Origin: Ignavibacteriota bacterium
Lineage (GTDB): Bacteria > Bacteroidota > Ignavibacteria > UBA10030
Direction of reading: 5' to 3'
Assembly (NCBI GenBank): GCA_963727825.1
Contig: CAVSHO010000003.1
Location: 1-49,282 of the forward strand
DNA length: 49,282 nt
The notes under the pieces are model-generated. The model did not search any database and was not told the DNA's origin. It saw only the letters and a list, made by a program, of their open reading frames with translations. Position numbers and translations under genes: made by a program. Of the stretch, positions 18,339-26,851 are shown piece after piece; positions within the stretch are counted from its first letter, which is position 1, and each line of letters starts with the position of its first letter.

Positions 18339-18860
18339 TTATTCCGTTCCGTTTGGATAAATTATATAAGCACTTCTTCTGGTCATTAATTTATCAATTA
18401 CGAATAATTTAAAGGGTGTAAGAATTTTCTTTCTTAAATCAATTAAATTAATATCCCACCAAACGGCGCCGTATTCCATTAATGTGTATTCCGGTAAACT
18501 TTCTATTCCTTGCTTACGTAAAACTTCTTTTCCCTCAAGCGTTTGAACGACAAATTCCCAGTATTTCCCACTCGCTGCATCAACAGTATAAGCCTTAACA
18601 GTAACCCTAATTTGTCCACCTAAAGGTAAGTATTGCTTTTCTTCTTTAAAGAGTTTGTTTGTCCATAATTCATTTTCAGATTTTTTCTTTAACTCACCGA
18701 TCAGCATGTTGTATGATTTGTATTTGACATCACACCATGCTCCGTTTTCAATGACCTCTATTTTGCTTTCACTGTTTTTGTTCTGGGCGCCGACAAATTG
18801 AAACATCGTACAGCCAATAAGGAGAAATACCAAAGCTGATAACCGCAAATAGGTTTTCAT
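18339..18860 (-). CDS. Exported protein / possible lipoprotein (cargo)
   Basis: MKTYLRLSALVFLLIGC signal with lipobox-like LIGC; ATG 18860 preferred over TTG 18875. Confidence 0.7.
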   Translation of the reverse strand: MKTYLRLSALVFLLIGCTMFQFVGAQNKNSESKIEVIENGAWCDVKYKSYNMLIGELKKKSENELWTNKLFKEEKQYLPLGGQIRVTVKAYTVDAASGKYWEFVVQTLEGKEVLRKQGIESLPEYTLMEYGAVWWDINLIDLRKKILTPFKLFVIDKLMTRRSAYIIYPNGTE

Positions 18861-19029
18861 GGTTATGACTTTCAAAACATTAAGCCATTTGCTTAGTGTC
18901 GAAATTTAAAATAATCTGAATGATGATTTCAAACAAGTGAAGAAAGAATAATACTTTTTTTATTTGATAATAGAAAATCAATCATCCCTGTCCGATTATA
19001 AAGGGATGGTTCTCAATATTCAAACTAAA

Positions 19030-19224
19030 TCATGAATTTAGATCATGCCCACAATATCTACAAACTTTCGCTTCTGGTTGAATTTTTTCTGCACAATAAG
19101 GGCATTTTTTCATTACCAATTCAGCTTCCCTATCCTTTTCTTTCTGTTTACTCTTATTACTCATCATAATTGTTGTTCCGGCAACAAAACAAATAAGAAG
19201 AAATAATAAAAACCATTCATCCAT
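19030..19224 (-). CDS. Small membrane-anchored zinc-ribbon protein
   Basis: N-terminal TM; C-terminal [19 protein letters not shown]; RBS AAGGAG. Confidence 0.85.
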   Translation of the reverse strand: MDEWFLLFLLICFVAGTTIMMSNKSKQKEKDREAELVMKKCPYCAEKIQPEAKVCRYCGHDLNS

Positions 19225-19365
19225 GATCTTCTCTCCTTAATGATTAATATTTTTCTACGCTATTCAGAGAATATTAACCATTCATCGAATAATTGTCAAC
19301 AAGTTGAGAATGGACAGCTTCTCAAATTTCAACAAAGACAAATATTCAATCCTTTATTAGAAAGG

Positions 19366-19962
19366 CTATTCAACATCTCCCGATTTGACAAGAAGCTCGA
19401 ATAATTTAATCGAAGCGACGACATTTGTACCACGATCAAATATTATGCAGATAACAGGCTTAAAGAAATCATAGACTTTTTTCCCTTTTACATCAAGTTT
19501 CTTAAATGTTTTTAAAGTGTCTTTTGCTATAGTACATAGATGGTTATCATTAAGTTTCATGTATTGCCAAGCTAAGTTGATAGCAATAATGTTGCCACTA
19601 TACACATAGATACTATCCTCCGAGAGATAGTCTTCATATATTCTTTTTTGTACCTCTTTATCATTAATAAAATATTTATACTTATTTTTTGTCATTCTTG
19701 ACAAAGCATGTGTCTTTCTATGATAGAACCATGAACTATTGTTCAATTGCCCTCTTTGCTCAGGCATCTCTCTAAGGATTAAATCATCTGTATCAGGGAA
19801 ACCACTTTCAACAGCATCTGGAAGGCCTATTATTGCTTTTACATCACTTTGAGACATTCCAACTTTTATTTTTGGAATTATATTCTTTTCATCATTTGGA
19901 GAATTATTTTGACACAATAAAAGTGAGGTTGTGATGAACAATAAAAGAAATATCTTTTTCAT
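19366..19962 (-). CDS. Exported/lipoprotein with SmpA/BamE-like motif (cargo)
   Basis: Signal MKKIFLLLFITTSLLLC; IKVGMSQSDVKAIIGLPD...WFY. Confidence 0.7.
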   Translation of the reverse strand: MKKIFLLLFITTSLLLCQNNSPNDEKNIIPKIKVGMSQSDVKAIIGLPDAVESGFPDTDDLILREMPEQRGQLNNSSWFYHRKTHALSRMTKNKYKYFINDKEVQKRIYEDYLSEDSIYVYSGNIIAINLAWQYMKLNDNHLCTIAKDTLKTFKKLDVKGKKVYDFFKPVICIIFDRGTNVVASIKLFELLVKSGDVE

Positions 19963-20074
19963 ACTACGCTCCCATGGTATTATTTGATTAAATGATACAA
20001 CTAAAAGAAAATCAATTCAACTACCCCTTAAAATCATGTGCTATTCTTCCATATTTGCGATATAAGCAACGTTC

Positions 20075-21145
20075 TCAGTTCATAGATACAGAAATCTTGT
20101 TCACCTCAGCATGTAGGCTCTCAGGCTGTAAATGACTGTATATTTGTGTTGTCTTTACGTCTGAGTGTCCAAGTAAGTCCTTAATCACATATACAGACGT
20201 TCCATCTTGCGCTAACCAAGAAGCAAACGAGTGCCGGAGTGAGTGAAAATGTATGTTCTGGTTGCTAAGGTTCGCAAGTCTCACATAGCGTTTGAACAAG
20301 TGCGTAATCCAATCGGCGTGAATTATTTTTCCGTTCAAGGTAAAAATATATTCAGAAGTATCCTTCGATTGTTTTCTCACTAAAAGATAATAGGCGTTTT
20401 CATTTAAAGGAATAACTCTAAGCCTTCCTGATTTTGTATGAAAGGTTGGATTACTTTCAATGGTCAATAGCTTCCTTTGAAGGTCGACGTTTTTCCATTG
20501 GAGATTGATAAGCTCACCTCGTCTTAATCCTGTGCTTACGGCGAAGATAATAACCTCTTTTAACCATCCTTCTTCGATTTCGGAAATAAGTTTTTGAAAA
20601 TCTGGTTTTGAAAGATAAGTGGGCTGTGTTTCTGGAACGTGAACAAGCTGAATGTCGAAGGGTGTTCTTTCAATAAGCTTCCACCGGACGGCTGTATTGA
20701 AGAAAGACCTCAGCGTTCTTAATTCAATGTTGACCGTAACCGGACTTACCGTCTTCAACTTCTCTGATACGTGACCATCTTTTACAGTCTCCACCTTGAT
20801 AGGCTTTTGTCTCTCTGTTTTGTAATTATCGAAATGTTGAGGGGTGTATGAAGCAAGGGGTAGGTCGCCAATAATTGAAACGAAGTTGTTGAGTGAGGTT
20901 TTGTAGATTTCAACCGTTGCTTTAGAGAAGCTTCCCTCAGCATAGGAAAGAAAATCGACGAGAAATTCAGATAGAAGCTTTCGCTTTATCTTCTGCTTTC
21001 GTTCGTACTCATCCCGCTTGAAGCTTTGTAGAAACGTGAGTGCATCGGCTTTGTAAGTGCAACGAGTAGAGACTTTTTGCTTTTTGCCTTGCTCGTTGAT
21101 GAACCAAAGGTAATAGATACCGTTGGAATGTTTTGAGAGGAACAT
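20075..21145 (-). CDS. int: Tyrosine recombinase / phage integrase
   Basis: TGLRRGEL (R), HSLRHSFAS (HxxR), LLGHSDVKTTQIYSH (H,Y); N-terminal arm-binding-like YYLWF...KVST; ATG 21145 (alternative GTG 21169). Confidence 0.96.
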   Translation of the reverse strand: MFLSKHSNGIYYLWFINEQGKKQKVSTRCTYKADALTFLQSFKRDEYERKQKIKRKLLSEFLVDFLSYAEGSFSKATVEIYKTSLNNFVSIIGDLPLASYTPQHFDNYKTERQKPIKVETVKDGHVSEKLKTVSPVTVNIELRTLRSFFNTAVRWKLIERTPFDIQLVHVPETQPTYLSKPDFQKLISEIEEGWLKEVIIFAVSTGLRRGELINLQWKNVDLQRKLLTIESNPTFHTKSGRLRVIPLNENAYYLLVRKQSKDTSEYIFTLNGKIIHADWITHLFKRYVRLANLSNQNIHFHSLRHSFASWLAQDGTSVYVIKDLLGHSDVKTTQIYSHLQPESLHAEVNKISVSMN

Positions 21146-21172
21146 CGGAAGCCCCGCTTTCTGAGGCACGAA

Positions 21173-21192
21173 GCAACCAAAGAGGCAACCAA
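21173..21192. promoter_or_regulatory. Putative integrase arm-type sites (pair)
   Basis: gcaaccaa x2 (21173-80, 21185-92), 12-bp period, same orientation as the 14305-14326 pair. Confidence 0.55.
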
Positions 21193-21235
21193 CGAGAAAA
21201 GAAATGCAGAAATTGAGGTGTAATTACGGCTTTTT

Positions 21236-21293
21236 ACCTCCGGCCTCCTGCGCCCAAGGCAGGCGCTCTAACCGGGCTGAGCCACACCCCGAA
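21236..21293 (-). pseudogene. Truncated 5' fragment of tRNA-Pro(UGG) = att core copy 2
   Basis: Identity to the intact tRNA ends at ...GCCGGAGGT (start of T-loop), followed by AAAAAGCCG. Confidence 0.93.
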
Positions 21294-21316
21294 CTTACAT
21301 TCATAAATTTCAAGTA

Positions 21317-21345
21317 AATATAAAGATTTTTGACTTCTGTTTCAA
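21317..21345 (-). promoter_or_regulatory. Native tRNA-Pro promoter, now upstream of the truncated tRNA and int
   Basis: TTGAAA(21345-40)-17 bp-TATATT(21322-17), about 25 nt upstream of tRNA position 1. Confidence 0.7.
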
Positions 21346-21433
21346 GTTTGATTCTCTGATTCTCTTGTAAAAAGAATCTACAGTTTATATACACTGAATA
21401 TGAATTCTCTTTAATTCATTAAAGGAGTTCAAA

Positions 21434-21843
21434 ATGTCAAAAGTGCATTTTAATAGACGTATTGAAAATAGGATTTACTACTCCGACAATAAAATTCTGC
21501 CGGCAAGATTCAATGGCGAAGCATCTTCGTTTCTAAATGATAAGCCAATAAAAACAGGAGAACAAATAAAAGTGATGCACGAGCTTTTTAGCTATATGTA
21601 TCACTCAAATCTAATCTGCTACGATACAAAACATATAGAGCTTCATAATTCTGCTCAAAGACATTTTCATGCGGCTGTGGGTGATCGGTCGCTTGGTCAA
21701 TACATACTTGAAGACGTTGAACGATTTTAAAATAATTATTTAGAGAAGAGGGAAAACGCAACTATTGTAAATATGTATTATCACGCTGTGAAGTCAATTT
21801 TCAATACGCTGTTGATAATGAGTATCTACAAAAAAGTCCTTGT
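21434..21843 (+). pseudogene. Degraded integrase N-terminal (SAM-like core-binding) fragment
   Basis: HFHAAVGDRSLGQYILEDVERF*NNYLEKRENATIVNMYYHAVKSIFN, then frameshift to YAVDNEYLQKSPC; aligns by eye with int FVSIIGDLPLASYT...VTVNIELRTLRSFFNTAVRWKLIERTPF; no catalytic domain. Confidence 0.7.
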
Positions 21844-22201
21844 ATTACATCATCCAATTTATCTTCTAAATCATTGGCTTGCCACCATCAAAATTTTTAA
21901 TTGCAGAAACATCTTTAATAATTTCCTTTGTTTTTAAATCCGAAGATTTGTTAAGAAAAACGGCGATTTTATAATCGAGATTTGAAATTTCTTCAATTTC
22001 CAAGTTTTTATTCATTTGGATGAGGTCTAAACTTGCTGAATGTTGTGGAATAGTATTTGTTATATAGATTGTAACATTGTTTGATGTTTTGATTATAGAA
22101 GGATAGACGAATAGGAATAGATATAGATATAGAATCGTTTCCAAGAAATGGAAAAGTGCCTCAAATTATTATGGGATGGTTGAAGAAAGGGGGAAAATAA
22201 A

Positions 22202-22777
22202 ATGGAAATAGCTGCGGTTTTTACAATTAAAAATGGTGCTGAGGTCATAAACAGAAAATATCCAGCTCTTCTTGAGGAGGTTGGAAATGTAATCAATGCG
22301 GTTGATGCAAATCTCTGTCGTACAAAAGTCAATAAAGAAAAAACAACAAAGGGAGATTTATTGTTTGACCCTGATGAATTGAATGAGGCGTTTAAGAAAG
22401 AGTTCATGAATCAAGGATGGCAACCACTACAAGTCAAATGTGATTATCCAACTCAATCCTATATTGAAGGGTATAAACATACCGATCTTAAAACGGGTGC
22501 TTCAATAGAAATGGATTTAATAAAATCTAAATTAGGTTTAGAAATGCAATTTGGCAAGTATTCACACATGGCTTATAATGTTGCAGCAAAAATGACAATA
22601 TTTTCAAATCTTGGTCATATTGATGCCGGCATAGAAATCGTGCCAGTGAAAAGTTTTACCGATATGATGTTAAGCAATGTCCCTTCTTTTGAAGAGTTTA
22701 TATGGGATTTAGATAAAAGCGGCGGTTCAAATATTGATATACCAACAATGATTATTGGTATAGATAAAGATAAATAA
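22202..22777 (+). CDS. BglII/BstYI-family type II restriction endonuclease-like protein
   Basis: EMDLIKSKLGLEMQFGKY...AKMTIF...IDAGIEIVP...NIDIPTMIIGID (D...ExQ active-site pattern). Confidence 0.85.
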   Translation: MEIAAVFTIKNGAEVINRKYPALLEEVGNVINAVDANLCRTKVNKEKTTKGDLLFDPDELNEAFKKEFMNQGWQPLQVKCDYPTQSYIEGYKHTDLKTGASIEMDLIKSKLGLEMQFGKYSHMAYNVAAKMTIFSNLGHIDAGIEIVPVKSFTDMMLSNVPSFEEFIWDLDKSGGSNIDIPTMIIGIDKDK

Positions 22778-22806
22778 TAAAAGCCCGCTTTTGCGGGCTT
22801 TTATTA
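22775..22806. terminator. Bidirectional terminator
   Basis: taataaaagcccgc-tttt-gcgggcttttatta between convergent genes. Confidence 0.85.
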
Positions 22807-22990
22807 GTAGTTCGTAAGTAAATATTATTAGCCTATGTCGTCCATTCAGCAATACAATCATGAAAAAGATTGACATTAAAAGGTAATAATCATTTCTTGG
22901 CAAGGATAATCTGAATGCATGATGCATTTTATTAGTGTTACAAATAATGCACAAGGAATCTTTACAATTTTTCCTAATTGTCTACGTAAA

Positions 22991-24253
22991 TCACTTGCGA
23001 TTCGCTAACCACCATTCAGGGTCTTGTTTTTCGCGTTCTTTCCAGATTTCAAAATGAAGAATTGCGCCCGCCACAGTATCTCCACTTTTTGCGATAATCG
23101 TTCCTTCTGTGACGCGCTGAGACTCTGATACCGTAACATCTGAAAGGTGCGCGTATACAGTTCGGAAGCCATTGCTATGGTTAAGAATAAGTACATTACC
23201 GAATCCCGGAATAAATGACAACACGGCCACTTCACCATCTGCAACGGCATAGACATCTGAACCAGACGGTGTTGCGATGTCGATTCCGGTGTTTTGTGTA
23301 ATTGTTTTCAAAACCGGATGAGTTTGGTTCCCGAAAGGAGTTTGAATTGTTCCATGTGCCACAGGCCAGCGTAGTTTTCCTCGCCGTTTTTCGAATGCCA
23401 ATGTTGCTTTGGTGTCGACTGGTTGTGGTATGGGCGGCGTCGCTGTTTTATTCAGTTCACGCTCTCGAGCTTCTGCGGCTAACCGTGCTTGTCTTTCAGC
23501 TTCTTCACGTTCCTTTCGTATTCGTTCTTTCTCAATTAATTCCACAATAAGATTCTCAATCTTCTTGGATGCTTCTGTTTTGCGTGTCCATTCTTTCTGA
23601 TACGTCTGCTTATTTTTACGTATTTTCTTCAGTACTATTTGCCGCTGGGAAAATGTTCGCTTCAAATTTCCTTCTTCACGTGTCTTCTCAGAAAGCAGTT
23701 GCCGCTCACTTTGCAGCTTCGTCTCAAGTTGCTGGTTTTTTTGCTCTAAAATAGTTTTATTCTCACTGATACTTTGCAGATCTTTAGCGCGTTGTTCGGA
23801 GAACTTTTTTAAATATTGGATACGGATAGAAAGCTGATTAATAGATTTTGATGAGAAGAGGAGTTCGACATCATACACACGTCCATTTTTGTACACGGAA
23901 CGGACATAGTTGGCATAATGCGATTTCAAAAACTGAAGTTGTCCTTCTAAATTGGCAATAGCATTCTTGGCAGTATCGATCTCTACCGTCATGCCAGCTT
24001 CTTCTTCACGAAGTTTCTGAATCAATTGTCGAATTAGAATAGAATTATGTTCGAGGTCGTCGAGCCGATCCAGCGTTACCTTTTCCTTTTTTTCACTTTC
24101 ATCTATTTTTTTTTCATATGCCTGAATATCGTTACGAAGTTTCTGCAGCTCACTTTCCCTTTGTTTGATTTCTTTATCGGTCTTTTGTGCAATCGCAGGA
24201 AGTGCGAAAACAATAAACAAAGAGAGGATAAAAATACGAGAAAGAATATGCAT
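22991..24253 (-). CDS. envC: Murein hydrolase activator EnvC (coiled coil + degenerate M23 domain)
   Basis: Signal peptide; long coiled coil; GKLRWPV..G, NTGIDI (no HxxxD), TVYAHL, LHFEIW. Confidence 0.88.
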   Translation of the reverse strand: MHILSRIFILSLFIVFALPAIAQKTDKEIKQRESELQKLRNDIQAYEKKIDESEKKEKVTLDRLDDLEHNSILIRQLIQKLREEEAGMTVEIDTAKNAIANLEGQLQFLKSHYANYVRSVYKNGRVYDVELLFSSKSINQLSIRIQYLKKFSEQRAKDLQSISENKTILEQKNQQLETKLQSERQLLSEKTREEGNLKRTFSQRQIVLKKIRKNKQTYQKEWTRKTEASKKIENLIVELIEKERIRKEREEAERQARLAAEARERELNKTATPPIPQPVDTKATLAFEKRRGKLRWPVAHGTIQTPFGNQTHPVLKTITQNTGIDIATPSGSDVYAVADGEVAVLSFIPGFGNVLILNHSNGFRTVYAHLSDVTVSESQRVTEGTIIAKSGDTVAGAILHFEIWKEREKQDPEWWLANRK

Positions 24254-25026
24254 TACCAGTGAATTCGTTCGGCGTTAGATGGAATTGTGAAAGTGAATTG
24301 AAGTTTTTCTGTGTTCACCAGAATTTCAGAATAAGCGAAAGTAATCTCCTGCCGAGCCTTCGGTTGAATTACGCGGATGATATAAGGCATCGCAAGTCCA
24401 TTGATGGACTCGAAATTACCGAACGTTTGCTCAAGTGTAAGCTTTCCGCTTCTATCCAAAAATTGAACTTTCTGAATAAACAATGTCATTGGATCAATCC
24501 AATACTTTCGACTAGTTTGATTAGAAGTAAACACAAACACAAATTGATCATTGTCAACATTTATTTCGTCGGGCGCGTGGAGATCGCTTTCAACAAAAGT
24601 TCCGCCTGCAAATAAATTCAGCAAATCGTCAAAACTAATTTGGACGTGAAGGATACGATTCAAATTTTCCATACTGGATATACCGGTAATGAGTTTGTTT
24701 TCCAGGCTATTATAGAATAGGAATCCCGTTCTGGTCACCAGCGCCGATCCAACTTTAATACCAAATGGTCCATGAAGATTGATAAGCACGGAGTCTGGTT
24801 TTTGGAGTGTCAAGATGAATGAACCGCTTTCCGCAATTTCCGGTGTCTCGATATAAACTCGTCCTTCACACAACATCGAATGAATGCGTGCGTGATGACT
24901 GCATGCGATTTCTTGAACTTCTGAATAGGAGATGGTGTGATTGCTAAGATTTAACGGACTTGTAGTTCGGCATCCAACAAGTGTAAAGAAAGAAAAGCAA
25001 AGAATGAATATTAGAAATCGGAACAT
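24253..25026 (-). CDS. DUF4292 / LolB-like lipoprotein
   Basis: Lipobox LVGC; PDSVLINLHGPFGIKVG; C-terminal FTFTIPSNA; lies between TPR and envC genes as in Bacteroidota. Confidence 0.75.
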   Translation of the reverse strand: MFRFLIFILCFSFFTLVGCRTTSPLNLSNHTISYSEVQEIACSHHARIHSMLCEGRVYIETPEIAESGSFILTLQKPDSVLINLHGPFGIKVGSALVTRTGFLFYNSLENKLITGISSMENLNRILHVQISFDDLLNLFAGGTFVESDLHAPDEINVDNDQFVFVFTSNQTSRKYWIDPMTLFIQKVQFLDRSGKLTLEQTFGNFESINGLAMPYIIRVIQPKARQEITFAYSEILVNTEKLQFTFTIPSNAERIHW

Positions 25027-26765
25027 TAGTTAGCTCCATGCAAAATTTTTTCTTTTACTGCCTCATTTTTAGGATCCATTTCTAAGGCTTTTTTCCATAA
25101 CTCAAGTGCTTGTTCTTTCCGTCCCAGTTTAAAGTATACATCGCCAAGATGCTCTTGAACAACGGCACTTGCTTTGCCGGTTGCGATGGATTTTTCTATG
25201 TACAAAGCGGCATCGTCGTATTTTTCCAGCCGGAAGAAGATCCAGCCGTAGGTGTCTAGGTAGGCAGAATTGTCCGGTTCAACGGTTATTGCTTGCTTTG
25301 ACATTTCTAGTGCACGCTGGAGTTGAAGTCCGCGTTCAGCAAGACTGTATCCGTAATTATTGAGAAGCAGCGCAGATTTTGGATCCAATTTCAATCCATC
25401 TTCATACAAACTGTCGCTATCTTGATAGCGATGCAATCCGTCTAAAGTTAGTGCAAGCGTGCTTAGTGTGTTAAGGTCTTTGGGATTCAGTTTATATGCT
25501 TTCTGTAATGGTTGCACGGCATCTTCATTTTTGTCCATTCGAGTAAGCGCAAGTCCTTGGAGCAAGTAGAAACGGAAATCGTTAGGAATCACCTTCTGCG
25601 CTTTCTCCATCTCTTCGAGTAGTTTATCGTATTTCCCTTGCTCGAATAATGAAGAACCGAAAAAATACCATGCATCGGCATGATGTTCTTCTATTTTTGT
25701 CACTTGTTCGAAGTATATTCCTGCGATAGAATCTTTGTGTTGATTAGCAGCAAGGGCGCCAAGATACCAGTAAGGCCGCCAATCGTTGGGAACTTCCTTT
25801 TGCAGATCTTCAAACAATCCTTGTGTTTTTTGAATCAAAGTTGAGTCGTGTTCTGTTAATCCAAAAAATCCAACGCTGATACGTAATTTGATTTCTGTAT
25901 TTTTTATACCACGACTTAACAATTTCTCGTAGAGATCAATCGCATTTTGAAATCGTTTCTGGTCCAAATAAACATCAGCAAGTGTAGCAACAACTTCTGC
26001 ATCGGAAGAATCAGCTTCGACCATTGTCTCAAGGATCGAGCGCGCTTGATCTAATCTTCCACCTTTAGCAAATGTTTCAGCAAGTTGTTTTTTTAAAGGT
26101 TTATTATCGGGGTCAAGTTCAAGCATTTGTTTATATTTTGCCGCAGCTTCATCGAACCGTCCAAGCGATGCATAAAGCTGTGCACATTGAAAGAGAATGT
26201 CTAACTGTTCACTGTTACGTTCAAGCATTTTCTCATAAATTTCCAATGCTTTTTGCGGCTGCATCGGTTGGTAGAGGTGCGCTAAAGCAATCCATGCGGC
26301 GGTGTAATTCGAATCAATCTTGATGATTTCTTCATATTCATGAATGGCTAAATCTGTTCGTGAAGCATTGAAATAAATTGTGCCAAGGTTTTCTCTGTAC
26401 GAGAGATTCTGTGGCTCTAATTGAACGGCCTCAGCAGCTGTTTCAGCGGCACGATCAAACTTATTTAAGAGCAAATAATCCCTGGAGATAGTAAAATAAA
26501 TGGAAGCATTAGGATCTGATTGCAACGCTTCTTGATATTCGAGGATGGCTTCAGCAAACGCGCCTTTTGCATCCAACGCGGCACCTTCAATAAAATGCTC
26601 GAGCGCTTGGTCACGCCGTAATTCTTGCAGCCTGCGTTCCTGCAAAGTTATTGTGAGGTTAGCAGACTTTGGATGAGAAGTCTGTTGTGAAGCACCGCAG
26701 CCCGACAGAAAAAAAATCCCCACAATGCAAGTGAGGGATAAAAGAGAATTTATAGTATTATCCAT
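25026..26765 (-). CDS. Tetratricopeptide-repeat lipoprotein
   Basis: Lipobox LSGC after ATG 26765; many TPRs; LNNYGYSLAE...YLDTYGWIFF...EHLGDVY C-terminal signature. Confidence 0.9.
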   Translation of the reverse strand: MDNTINSLLSLTCIVGIFFLSGCGASQQTSHPKSANLTITLQERRLQELRRDQALEHFIEGAALDAKGAFAEAILEYQEALQSDPNASIYFTISRDYLLLNKFDRAAETAAEAVQLEPQNLSYRENLGTIYFNASRTDLAIHEYEEIIKIDSNYTAAWIALAHLYQPMQPQKALEIYEKMLERNSEQLDILFQCAQLYASLGRFDEAAAKYKQMLELDPDNKPLKKQLAETFAKGGRLDQARSILETMVEADSSDAEVVATLADVYLDQKRFQNAIDLYEKLLSRGIKNTEIKLRISVGFFGLTEHDSTLIQKTQGLFEDLQKEVPNDWRPYWYLGALAANQHKDSIAGIYFEQVTKIEEHHADAWYFFGSSLFEQGKYDKLLEEMEKAQKVIPNDFRFYLLQGLALTRMDKNEDAVQPLQKAYKLNPKDLNTLSTLALTLDGLHRYQDSDSLYEDGLKLDPKSALLLNNYGYSLAERGLQLQRALEMSKQAITVEPDNSAYLDTYGWIFFRLEKYDDAALYIEKSIATGKASAVVQEHLGDVYFKLGRKEQALELWKKALEMDPKNEAVKEKILHGAN

Positions 26766-26851
26766 TACATATAAATATATTGAAACAGAGCACCACATAC
26801 AAGCACCAGCAGCTTGTTTTGCAATTATAAAGCAATTAACTTGCAACAAAA

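Larger units (their letters stand above)
14180..21293 (-). mobile_element. ~7.06-kb integrated phage-satellite/PICI-like element in tRNA-Pro
   Basis: 58-bp identical direct repeats at 14180-14237 and 21236-21293; tyrosine integrase at one end; replication initiator plus DnaB-like helicase; all genes on the minus strand; no capsid or tail genes. Confidence 0.9.

Noticed and set aside
14180-21293. Complete prophage or ICE
   Set aside because: No structural, lysis, large terminase, relaxase or T4SS genes in 7 kb
21866-22144. 92-aa minus-strand ORF
   Set aside because: Its N-terminus derives from a low-complexity (atatag)n tract; no motif; too uncertain to call
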